Below, in pieces: positions 48,003 to 57,053 of a stretch of 64,000 nt of DNA. Within the stretch, counting starts at the first letter, position 1, and each line of letters begins with the position of its first letter. This DNA comes from Myxococcales bacterium (GTDB taxonomy: Bacteria; Myxococcota_A; UBA9042): positions 10,256 to 74,255 of the forward strand of contig JBBISH010000015.1 of the NCBI GenBank assembly GCA_037441385.1, given 5' to 3'. The position numbers and the translations under genes were made by a program. Under the pieces are notes generated by a model. The model did not search any database and had not been told where the DNA came from. It worked only from the letters and a program-made list of their open reading frames with translations.

Positions 48003-51000
48003 GCGCAAGTAGGACTGGCACCGGGGGCGCGCCCCCCCCTGCGACCCCCACGCGCGGCCGCAGCCACGGCCACCAAGTTCAACAAGCTGATTTTCGTACA
48101 TACCGGCCACCGGCAGGGATTCTTGAACGACTCGGCCGCAAGGCAACCGCCGCACTGGCGATGGGCATGTGGCTGGCTGCGTGCAGCGCGCCACAAATGG
48201 CCTGGGAGCCCAATGCCGACCTAGAGGCCGTCGAGGCCCAAGCGCGCTCCGACCTGCGCAATCCCGATTCCGCAGCCGCTGGCCGCGAGCAATTGGCGTG
48301 GTTGTGCCTGCTGCACAGCCGGGCCTGTGCCGAGGTCGCGGCTCCGCAACTGGATGGCGCGCCGACGCTAGAGAGGACGCTGCGGGTTGCGCTGCTGACC
48401 GACGGCCTTGCGGCCACCGATCGGGCGGTCGCGGCCTGGTGCGACGTGGCCCAGGCCGCATTGGACAGCCCCGAGCCAGGGGCCGAAGCGATGGCCACAG
48501 CGGCCGCCCGGCGCATCGGCAGACTGGGGCGCGCCGACCCGTGGGCGACCAAGGCGGTGCTCGCCAAGCGCGGCGAAGTCGTTGCGGCGCTGTTGCAGCA
48601 GGGCCCTGCGGTCGAGCGTTTGCGGCGAGCGCGCGAACTGGCGGAATTGCAGCCCAAGGGGGCGCCCCTGCTGGTGCACCCCACGCTGGGGCAGGCCACG
48701 GTCCCGTGGAGCCGCCGACTGCTGACCGGGATGGCGGGGGACGTTGCACTTCCTGCATGGTCTACGGACACGAGTGCCGCACTGCCGCCCCGGTTCGTCG
48801 GTTCCAGCGGGGTCACAGCGGTCGCACTGGCCGCGGATCCGCCGGGCATCTACCACGTGCGCGCCACTTGGCAGGGTCACGCGGGCGACCCGACCGTGCA
48901 GCTTGCCATCGACAGCGCCCGGCCGGTGCACGCGTGGTTGGACGGTCAGCCGCTGGCCACCCTGGCGGCGGGCGCAACCGTTGCCCCCAAAGCTGGCGTG
49001 CGGACCTTGGATTTGCTGGTGCCAGCCGCTGGCGACGGCGAAACCGTGTGGCTGGGCTGGTTTGCCCAAGACGGTCTGGCCCCGGAACGGATGGCGTCGC
49101 GGCGGCCGTGGCCGGCGGGTTTGACCAAAGTGCTGGCTGTGCTGGGCAATGCGCGGGGACCGGCCCGCCGCGAGCTTCAACAGTGGTTCCCCAAGGGCCT
49201 GGTCGCCGAGCTGGGCGAGGTCCTGCTGGGCAGCGCCCCTGCCGAAGCCGCCGATCGCCTCTTGGGGGTATGGCCGCGCCATGCAGAGGCGGTGGTCAGC
49301 GATGCCGCCCGCCACGTGGAAGACGGCAATGCCCAACTGGCGCTGCGAAGCTTGGCGACCTTGGAGCCCACGGGCGATGGCGCGCGGCTGGCCAACGACG
49401 GCCGCACCGACGTGGCCCTGTTGCAGGGTCGCGCCTACTCGGCCATCGGCCTAGAGGATTTGGCCGCCGCCGCCGCCGAACAGGCCGCCCGTCGCGCCGA
49501 CGGCCACTGTGCGGTGTGGCTGCAGGCCCTGGAATTGGCCACAGATTTGGGCAACAAAGCTGCGCTGCGGCACATTCTGGCTGGCCCCCAGCCGTGCGAC
49601 CCGACGGACCACAGCTTGGCCCAGGCGGCCGCGTGGCGAGCCATCGGTCGCGCGGATCAGGCGTCCGAGCGGCTGATTGCGACGCTGCAAGTACCAGACC
49701 AAGCCCGCGAGGCGCGGCGGCGTCTGGAGGCGAGCGAAGGTGGCCCGGCCGCTACGGCCTTACCGAGTTGGCTGCGCGACCGGGGCACAGAACAATGGCA
49801 GCAGTACCAACTGGCGGCCCTGGGTCGCGCCGACGCGCCGCCCACCCAGCGCGAAGCGGACTGGCAGCGCGCGCAGCGGAACTTGGACACCATCCTGGTC
49901 AGTCCAGAGGCCAGTTCCGCCTTGCGGCAGCGGGCGTTGCAGGCGGGGGCCCGGGCGCCGTGGCAAGCGTTCCTGCGCAACGGCAAGGCCCTGGCCCAAG
50001 CCGCGGACGAGGCCGGCTGGGCCAGTTCGGCCAGCACGGCCTACCTCTTGGACCAAGAAATCGTGGTGCTGTTGCCCCAGGGCGGTGCGCTCCGGCGCGT
50101 CCACCAGGTCCTGCGCGTGTTGAGCGACGAGGCCGCCGACCAAGTTGGCGAGGTCCGCGTGGCCCAGGGTGCCGACTTGGAATTTGCCCGCACCCTGCTC
50201 GCCGAAGGCACGGTCGTAGCCGCTGCCGCAACTGCGGACAAAGAGACCATCTCGCTGCGGGCGGTGACCGCGGGCGCGGCGGTGGAGTATGCCCAAGTTG
50301 TGCTCGTTGAGCCAGAAGACCCCACCACCGGCGCGACGCGGCTTGACCCGTTCGTGCTCCAATCCGGCGACGGTCCGACCCGCCTTTCTGAATACGTAGT
50401 GCTGGTGCCCGCCGGCTTGGCCGTGGACGTCCGCGCCTCGACGCGCGCGCCTGCAGCCGAGACACGACAACTTCCGGGCTGGACAGCCTACATCTTCCGA
50501 ACGGCCAACGTGCCGCGCGCACGCATCGAACCGCGGGCGGTGCGCCCGGATCTGGCGCTCCCCAGCGTACAGGTGGCCAGTCGCAACAGCTTGGCCGCGG
50601 TGATCGAACCCTGGGACGAGCGCCTAGAGGCCGCGGCTCAGGCGAGCAGCCCCGAAATCGACAAATGGCAAGCCTTGCTGCAGGCCCAGCCCGAAGGTCT
50701 GGCGCGCTGGCGGTACCTGGCGCAGCGGCTGGCGCGCGGGGTGCAGCACAGCCACGACGGCGGCGCACCTGGGGCACCGGCGACGGCGCTTCAGCAACAG
50801 CGCGGTGACCGTGCGGCCGTCTTCTACAGCATGCTGCGCCAACAGGGCCTGGCGGCGTGCATGGTGCGGGTGCACACCTTGGCTCGCCAAGCGCCCCGGC
50901 CCGGCACGGGGGCGTCGTCGCTCGATCCAATGGACTTTCCGATGGAGTTGGTGCGCTTTGAGCTACCTGACGGGCCGCACTGGTACGACCCGGGTCTGGA

Positions 51001-51721
51001 GGGTGGGTTGTTGGATCACCTGCGCTCGGGTCTGCGCGGTCGGCCGGCGCTCGTAGTGGGCTGCAAGGTCAGCGAACGTCGCATCACCACGCCGCTCTTG
51101 GGGAAGGACCGCGACGCGCGCGAAGTGACCGCCGAGCTGGACTGGCGCGAAGACGGCAGCGTGGACGGCACCTTCCGCGAGCACCTGACCGGCGCGGTGG
51201 CCGCCTTTGTGCGGCAGTTCTTGACCACCGCCACGGCCGACGAGCGCAACGCCTTGTTTGTCGAACTGGCCAAAGGCGTGTTGCCAGGCGCCCAGGTCGA
51301 AGCGGCCGACATTCAAGGTCTTGCGGACTTGGAGGGCCCGCTGGATCTGCGTTGGACTCTGCGGAGCGACGGCAGCGAAGGGCGGCGCCAGTCGCTGGCC
51401 CTGGGGCTACTTCCATCCGAGTTGGGCAAGGATTTTGCCGCCCTGCCCGCCCGGACCATGCCGCTTTTGTTCGGTCACGGCCAGCGGCAGCAGTTGCGGT
51501 TGACGGTGCGGAGTTCGGCGCCGCTCAAGCCCGTGCACGATCTGGAGGTCCACACTCCACAAATCGACTGGCAACGGCGGTGGCAGCCGCAGCCAACCGG
51601 CGGCGTGCTCGATTGGCAAGTGGCGACCACGCCCGGGGTGGTCGAAGTCGAAGCCTATCGCGAGTTTGCCGCGGCGGCCCAGGGCGCAGACGCCGCCGAA
51701 CACGTGAGGTTGCAGCGCTGA
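47999..51721 (+). CDS. Large lipoprotein, degenerate DUF3857/transglutaminase-like partner
   Basis: Overlaps the upstream stop (ATGA); LAAC lipobox; YLLDQEIV...G..LRRVHQVLRVL; RGDRAAVF where the paralogue has GDCKDK. Confidence 0.75.
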   Translation: MSASRTGTGGAPPPATPTRGRSHGHQVQQADFRTYRPPAGILERLGRKATAALAMGMWLAACSAPQMAWEPNADLEAVEAQARSDLRNPDSAAAGREQLAWLCLLHSRACAEVAAPQLDGAPTLERTLRVALLTDGLAATDRAVAAWCDVAQAALDSPEPGAEAMATAAARRIGRLGRADPWATKAVLAKRGEVVAALLQQGPAVERLRRARELAELQPKGAPLLVHPTLGQATVPWSRRLLTGMAGDVALPAWSTDTSAALPPRFVGSSGVTAVALAADPPGIYHVRATWQGHAGDPTVQLAIDSARPVHAWLDGQPLATLAAGATVAPKAGVRTLDLLVPAAGDGETVWLGWFAQDGLAPERMASRRPWPAGLTKVLAVLGNARGPARRELQQWFPKGLVAELGEVLLGSAPAEAADRLLGVWPRHAEAVVSDAARHVEDGNAQLALRSLATLEPTGDGARLANDGRTDVALLQGRAYSAIGLEDLAAAAAEQAARRADGHCAVWLQALELATDLGNKAALRHILAGPQPCDPTDHSLAQAAAWRAIGRADQASERLIATLQVPDQAREARRRLEASEGGPAATALPSWLRDRGTEQWQQYQLAALGRADAPPTQREADWQRAQRNLDTILVSPEASSALRQRALQAGARAPWQAFLRNGKALAQAADEAGWASSASTAYLLDQEIVVLLPQGGALRRVHQVLRVLSDEAADQVGEVRVAQGADLEFARTLLAEGTVVAAAATADKETISLRAVTAGAAVEYAQVVLVEPEDPTTGATRLDPFVLQSGDGPTRLSEYVVLVPAGLAVDVRASTRAPAAETRQLPGWTAYIFRTANVPRARIEPRAVRPDLALPSVQVASRNSLAAVIEPWDERLEAAAQASSPEIDKWQALLQAQPEGLARWRYLAQRLARGVQHSHDGGAPGAPATALQQQRGDRAAVFYSMLRQQGLAACMVRVHTLARQAPRPGTGASSLDPMDFPMELVRFELPDGPHWYDPGLEGGLLDHLRSGLRGRPALVVGCKVSERRITTPLLGKDRDAREVTAELDWREDGSVDGTFREHLTGAVAAFVRQFLTTATADERNALFVELAKGVLPGAQVEAADIQGLADLEGPLDLRWTLRSDGSEGRRQSLALGLLPSELGKDFAALPARTMPLLFGHGQRQQLRLTVRSSAPLKPVHDLEVHTPQIDWQRRWQPQPTGGVLDWQVATTPGVVEVEAYREFAAAAQGADAAEHVRLQR

Positions 51722-51779
51722 GCGCCCGCGTTGGCCCAGGAAAGGGCCCAGCTTGGTCGGGATGCCAGACGTCGGGAGA

Positions 51780-52958
51780 TCAGTACGACGTCTTCTCGGC
51801 TGCCGGCGCTTCCGACTTGGCTGGAGCGGCCTTGGCCTTGTTCGGCACGCCGCCAGCCGAGGATTCGTTGGCGTTGTTGGCCGCCAGCGCCTGCTCGGCC
51901 CACTGCGCGGTCTTGCCATCGCCAGCCTGCAGGGCCGCGGCGCGCAGCTTGACCAAAAGCGCTTTGCGCTTGGCGGGATCCGTGGTCTTGTCCACGGCCG
52001 CCTTCAGCTGCTGCACTTCGGACTTGGCCACCTCGGCGTTGTCCTTGCTCGACTCCTGTGCCTTCTTGCTGTCCTGCGCCGCTACGGCCTGATCGGCATC
52101 CGCTTCGACGCGCTGAGCCTGGGGAGCCTGGTTCGCTTTGTTGAACTGGTCCAGGTTCTGACCGCGATTGTCCTGCGCGCGCGCCATCCCCATCACAGGG
52201 GCCGGCGGGACCTTGGCCGCGACCTCGGCCGCCTTGCGGTCTTCTTTGGCCGCATACGCCGCTGCCTTGCCCTCTTCGGCTGCAGCTTGGGCCGCCAGTT
52301 GCGCAGCCTGCTTCTCCCGTTCGGCGCTGCCGGCGACGCTGCCCGCCACGCTGCCAGGCATTTCCGGTGCAATCGAAGCCGGTTGCGCGGCGATGGTCCG
52401 CGTCGGCCGGGCTGCTTCGGCCTTGGCCAGCGCGGGCGGAGGCTCGGCGAACGCGGGCGGCGCAGCGGCGGCGGGTGGCGCCGGGGCGGCTTCGTCTTTG
52501 TCAGCGCCTTTGGCGACCTGCGGCTGGGCCGGCGCCGTGGGAGCGGGTGCGGCCTGAGCCACCTCGGGCGGCGGCGCGGGCTCGCTGACGGCCACCGCAC
52601 CGGCGTCGACCGCGGGCTTGGTCTGGCGCTGACCGACTGCCACCAGCAGCGCCAAGGCGGCGGCGGTAGCCAGGATCGGGCCGGGGCGCATCAGGAATTC
52701 GGCGATCTTGGACCACAGCGACTGCGGTCGCTCGGCCGCCGCTTGCGCCGCCGCGGTCAGCACGGCCGAGCGCACGGCGGGCGAGACGTCGGGCAACGGC
52801 AAGGCCGCCAGCCGCTCGTGGATCACCACCATCTGTTCGATTTCTTCGCGCCACGCCGCCGGCACGTCTTCGGGACGGCCGCCCGCCAGCCGGCGCTCGT
52901 AGGCGTCGACAAAGGCTGCGTCGTCGTATTCGCGCTTGTCGTGGGTCATGTCGACCAT
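51780..52958 (-). CDS. Putative anti-sigma factor (single TM, Ala/Pro-rich periplasmic region)
   Basis: SD GGGAGGAG; directly downstream of the ECF sigma gene; cytoplasmic N-domain then TM (PILATAAALALLVAV). Confidence 0.7.
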   Translation of the reverse strand: MVDMTHDKREYDDAAFVDAYERRLAGGRPEDVPAAWREEIEQMVVIHERLAALPLPDVSPAVRSAVLTAAAQAAAERPQSLWSKIAEFLMRPGPILATAAALALLVAVGQRQTKPAVDAGAVAVSEPAPPPEVAQAAPAPTAPAQPQVAKGADKDEAAPAPPAAAAPPAFAEPPPALAKAEAARPTRTIAAQPASIAPEMPGSVAGSVAGSAEREKQAAQLAAQAAAEEGKAAAYAAKEDRKAAEVAAKVPPAPVMGMARAQDNRGQNLDQFNKANQAPQAQRVEADADQAVAAQDSKKAQESSKDNAEVAKSEVQQLKAAVDKTTDPAKRKALLVKLRAAALQAGDGKTAQWAEQALAANNANESSAGGVPNKAKAAPAKSEAPAAEKTSY

Positions 52959-53018
52959 GGTCTCCTCCCGGTGGGTCCCTGCCTGCGGCCGCTGGGCGCA
53001 CAGGCTCCCACGGGTCGC

Positions 53019-53636
53019 TCAGGCAAAGTCTGCCAATGCCTCGCGCAAGGCCTTGAGTGCGTATCGCATTCGGCTCTTGACGGTGTTCTCGTTGGTGGCC
53101 GTCGCCTCGGCGATCTCGGCGAAGCTCAAGCCACTGATTTCGCGCAAGGTAAACACCTCGCGTTGTTCTTCTGGCAACGTCTGCATCGCTGCCTCGTAGG
53201 CCTGGCGGAACTGCTTGTCTGCCGTGTTGCGCGAAGCATCCAGTCCCGGAGCGTCCGAGGCGATGCGCTCGCCCAGGGTCGGTCCGTCGTCGTCGCCCAT
53301 CGGCGCGTCGAGCGAAGGCCCAGAGCGGAACTTGTCGCGCCGCGACGCATCCACGCACAGGTTGCGGGCAATGGTGTAAAGCCAAGTTTTGAACTTGCTT
53401 TGCCCTTTGAACCCTTGTGCATTGCGCACCACCCGGACAAAGGCGTCTTGCACTACGTCGTCGGGACGGGCTGCCCCCTGCTGAATTGCAAAGGCTTTCA
53501 AGGCCCTGCAATGCCGGTCGTACAGCACCCCTAGCGCTCGGCTATCTCCGCCAACGAATCGCTCGTACAGCGCCTCGTCACTTGCATTCTCCGCGGCCGC
53601 CAGGGCCGCGAGTGCCGCCATCATCAGGAGCCACAT
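53019..53636 (-). CDS. ECF sigma-70 factor
   Basis: DDVVQDAFVRVV; KFKTWLYTIARNLCVD; LPEEQREVFTLREISGLSFAEIA...NTVKSRMRYA. Confidence 0.95.
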   Translation of the reverse strand: MWLLMMAALAALAAAENASDEALYERFVGGDSRALGVLYDRHCRALKAFAIQQGAARPDDVVQDAFVRVVRNAQGFKGQSKFKTWLYTIARNLCVDASRRDKFRSGPSLDAPMGDDDGPTLGERIASDAPGLDASRNTADKQFRQAYEAAMQTLPEEQREVFTLREISGLSFAEIAEATATNENTVKSRMRYALKALREALADFA

Positions 53637-53748
53637 CGGCGTCCTTCCTTTCCGACGCGCCACGCGCGAGTTCGATCTACTTTGCCGCCACCGGGCCGCC
53701 CGCAACGCCCAAAGCTGGCGCCGGTCTGCCGAATACTGAGCAGCAGAT

Positions 53749-53882
53749 TACACCAAAACCACCCGAATCGGATCGGTTCGCCCAGCGCCTTTCGGAGCCA
53801 GAGCCGGGTTCCCCGCCTGTTTCTTGCCCGTTGCAGCACAGGCCTGCGGAGACTTCTTCGCGTGAACCAGGCGGAGCGCATA
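53749..53882 (+). repeat. Dispersed repeat family II, copy D
   Basis: CCGAATCGGATCG...GAGCCGGGTTCCCCGCCTGTTTCTTGCCCGTTGCAG...GCGTGAACCAGGCGGAGCGCATA aligns collinearly with copies A and E. Confidence 0.7.
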
Positions 53883-53902
53883 TTAGCAGGGCGATCGGGC
53901 AG

Positions 53903-55174
53903 TTACAACCCAGGCGCGCCCGCCGGTGGCCGCAGCGTCACGACGGACTCCAGATGCACGGTCCACACGAAAGCGTCGATCAGGGCCGCGCGCTGGACAG
54001 TCCAGCCGGCCTTGATCAGGGGCCCGATGTCGCGCACCAGCTTGTCCAGCGCGCAAGACACATAGATGAGCCCGGCGGGCTGCAGACGGCCGGCCGCGGC
54101 ACACACCTCTGGCGCACCCTGCCGACCGGGATCGAGCAGCCAGATTTCGCCGGGTTGCGTGGGCAGCATGGCCCGCTCGGCTTGGCCGCCGACGACTTCG
54201 ACCCGGTCGCTCAGGCCTGCGGTGGCCACGGATCGACGCAGACGGCGCACAGCGTCGACATCGGCCTCGATCGCGCGCACCGTGGCGCCGCGCTGCACGA
54301 ACAAGCCCGTGAAGTTGCCCGAACCGGCGTAGAATTCTTGAACGTGGCCCGTCGCATCCAGACTGTCCAGCGCCAGGGCCACCTGCTTGCGCAAGGCGCG
54401 GTTGCCGTCTTCGCTGGCCTGGCAAAACCCCGCCGCGTCGGTGGCGACCGCCAGCGGGCCATCGACCTCGGGCAGCTCGACCTCGCTCAGACCCCACCGA
54501 TCGGCGTGCCGGCCAATCTGCAACCGCAGCCCGGCCACGCCCAGTTCCCGTGCAAGCCCAGACGCTTGCGGCATCGGCCCACCGATCGGTCGACCCGTCA
54601 GGTCCGCGATCACACCCTGCCGGCCCACGACGGCGCGGAGCTCGCCGCGGTCCAAGTACGGCGCCAGAACGGCCCCAGCGCGTGCCCGCAGCTGCTCCAG
54701 CTCGGGGGCCAGCACGGCGCAAGGGGCGTCCGCGACCAGCACGTCGGACTGGCTCCGCAAAAATCCAGCACCCAAGCCGTCTTGCCGCATCCGCAGGTGC
54801 AGGCGGGTGCGCCGGCGGTGACCGCGCGGCTCGACCGCTTCCAGGTCGATCGCGGCCACCGGCAGGCCCAAAGCCCTGGCCAACTGAGCCCTTTTCCAAT
54901 CGCGCTGGTGCGGCAAATCCCAACGCTGCAGCCCACAGCCGCCGCACTCGTCGAACACCGCACAGGCCGCGGCGCAGCGCTGCGGCGACTCCGCGACGAC
55001 AGCGAAGGCGTTGGCGCGCAACACGCCGCGTTGTTTGCTCAATTGCTCGATCCGCAAGCGGTCGCCGGGCACCACACCCGCGGCCAGGACCACGGGTCCG
55101 GCGGGGTGGCGGACGATGCCGTCGCCCAGGCCACCCAGATCGGCCACTACGGCCTCAAAAGGACACTCGATCAT
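53903..55174 (-). CDS. RlmD/TrmA family RNA m5U methyltransferase with a 4Fe-4S motif
   Basis: TRAM-like N-terminus; CAVFDECGGC; FCQ; EFYAGSGNF; LDPGRQG; YVSC; TVHLE. Confidence 0.88.
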   Translation of the reverse strand: MIECPFEAVVADLGGLGDGIVRHPAGPVVLAAGVVPGDRLRIEQLSKQRGVLRANAFAVVAESPQRCAAACAVFDECGGCGLQRWDLPHQRDWKRAQLARALGLPVAAIDLEAVEPRGHRRRTRLHLRMRQDGLGAGFLRSQSDVLVADAPCAVLAPELEQLRARAGAVLAPYLDRGELRAVVGRQGVIADLTGRPIGGPMPQASGLARELGVAGLRLQIGRHADRWGLSEVELPEVDGPLAVATDAAGFCQASEDGNRALRKQVALALDSLDATGHVQEFYAGSGNFTGLFVQRGATVRAIEADVDAVRRLRRSVATAGLSDRVEVVGGQAERAMLPTQPGEIWLLDPGRQGAPEVCAAAGRLQPAGLIYVSCALDKLVRDIGPLIKAGWTVQRAALIDAFVWTVHLESVVTLRPPAGAPGL

Positions 55175-55329
55175 GCGCACTCCGGGTCAATGGCGCAGCA
55201 GCGGCGGTCCAGGCGCAACAAGCAGTTGGCTCCCTCGGCACGAAGCGCGCGCTGCGAGCCAAGCGCTGGGCGGCAAACCGATCCCATGGGCGTGTACTTG
55301 GTAAGGCCGCGGAGTGCGACGCGCGCGGC

Positions 55330-56805
55330 CTACGTGGCGCTGCGAACACCGCCCAGGGCGTCGATGAGCCGCAGCATCTCGGCGGCGTGAGCGTCGAAGG
55401 CCTTGCGATCGCGAGCCGGCAGGCCCGGTTCCAGCACGTCGCCCAGCCCGGTGGGATCCAGGTAGGCGCCGTTCTTCTTGACGCCAAAGTGCAGGTGCGG
55501 CCCGGTCGAACGGCCGGTGGTGCCGACTTGACCGATGACCTGGCCCTTGCGCACGCCGTCACCCGCTTTCAGGTTGGGGGCAAAGCGGTTCAAGTGCATG
55601 TACTCTGTGACAAAGCCGTCAACATGGCGCAAACGGACCATGTTACCGGCGGCACCAGCCCGGTGCGCCGACACCAGCGTGCCATCGGCCGCAGCGTAGA
55701 CTGGCGTGCCGGTGGCGGCAGCAAAATCAACGCCGTAGTGCGCTTTCATGCGGTGCAGAATCGGGTGCAAACGCATCCCAAAGCCCGACGTGCGGTTGCC
55801 CACGCGCAGCGGCTGACGCAGGAACATCGCCTCCAGGCTCTGGCCATCCAAGGCAAAGTAGCCGGCGGCGCCGCGCTCGTCGTCGAAGAAGACGGCCGTC
55901 GTGCGCTGGCCGGCCGGCGTACGAATGTCGACGGCCGCCACGTCGAGGTACCGCACCAGTTGATCGCCGTCGACCAGCTTGTCCAGCACCAGCCGCAGCT
56001 CGTCGCCGGTCTTGAGGTCGACAGCGGGATGCAGACGATCCGAAAGAATCACGGCAAGTTGCGCAGCCAGGGCCTCGCCTTCGCCGCAGCGCTGCAGCGA
56101 GGCTTCCAGGCTACCGACGATGCCGCAGCGGACCGCCTGGCGCACCAAGGTGCCCGGCATGCCGCCTTCTTCGGCCACGTAGCGATCGCCGCGCCGCTCG
56201 ATGGTCACGCCTTCGCCGCTGGCCGGCGCGATCACCAGCGAGTGCAAGGCGCCAGCGTCCATGACCGCGACCGGCCGCAGCCGCGCCCAGAGTCGCCAGC
56301 CAGCCTGCAGATGCTCGGGCTTGCGCAAAGTCGAGTAGGCCTCGATCACCTCGCGCTGGGCAACACCGGTAATCTCAAGGTGGGCAAGGGCTAGTCCAAG
56401 ACTTTCGCCGGGTTGCACAACCCAGCTACGGGTCCGCTCGCTGGTGGCGGCGGGCTGCGAACCGGCCATGGGTGCCTGCAAACGCGGAGCGGGCATGGCC
56501 TGAGCGCCACCGCCCACGACCGCATCGCCGCGCGCGCCGGCGGTGTGGCCCAGATCGGCGTTGGCCTCAGCCGTGGCGGGCAAGGCCGCTGCAGCGTGCA
56601 GGGCGGACAGGCGCTCCAGCGGCTCCATGGGCGTCAGTTCGGGCGCAGAGTGCCACAAAGACCACAGGTTCGTGGCCACCACGCCCAAAACGACCGCCGC
56701 GCCGGCCAGGCTGGGCCACAGCGCACCGCGGCCACCGCGCGCCAAGCCCCGGCCAAGGGCACCGGTACGATAAGCGCTTGAGGTGTAGGCGATTTTCAGG
56801 GGCAC
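55330..56805 (-). CDS. M23 family peptidoglycan DD-metalloendopeptidase
   Basis: TM; TSGFGMRLHPIL..MKAHYGVDFAA..GTPVYAAADG; YMHL; VGTTGRSTGPHLHF. Confidence 0.93.
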   Translation of the reverse strand: MPLKIAYTSSAYRTGALGRGLARGGRGALWPSLAGAAVVLGVVATNLWSLWHSAPELTPMEPLERLSALHAAAALPATAEANADLGHTAGARGDAVVGGGAQAMPAPRLQAPMAGSQPAATSERTRSWVVQPGESLGLALAHLEITGVAQREVIEAYSTLRKPEHLQAGWRLWARLRPVAVMDAGALHSLVIAPASGEGVTIERRGDRYVAEEGGMPGTLVRQAVRCGIVGSLEASLQRCGEGEALAAQLAVILSDRLHPAVDLKTGDELRLVLDKLVDGDQLVRYLDVAAVDIRTPAGQRTTAVFFDDERGAAGYFALDGQSLEAMFLRQPLRVGNRTSGFGMRLHPILHRMKAHYGVDFAAATGTPVYAAADGTLVSAHRAGAAGNMVRLRHVDGFVTEYMHLNRFAPNLKAGDGVRKGQVIGQVGTTGRSTGPHLHFGVKKNGAYLDPTGLGDVLEPGLPARDRKAFDAHAAEMLRLIDALGGVRSAT

Positions 56806-57053
56806 GTGCACTCCAATCTGAACGCGTATGGACTCGAATCGGAACGTGTGGCGCGGGGATGAGGGGGTTCGGCCCGGCGGAAGGTGACACTTCTTCGACT
56901 ATCTGTCAACCGCAAGGGCACGTCGCAGCGCGGTAGACGCGTGCGCCGATCGGCGTACTGTGGGCCAAGCGGCCAGGCGCGCCCCTTGCCGTAGGGGGGA
57001 GCGAGGCATAGGCTGCAGTCTGGCGGCCAGCGGCGGCGGCGCCAGGGACGGCG

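Noticed and set aside
56827..56880. Possible sixth copy of repeat family II (TATGGACTCGAATCGGAACG)
   Set aside because: Only ~12 nt resemble the family; the core and 3' block are absent.
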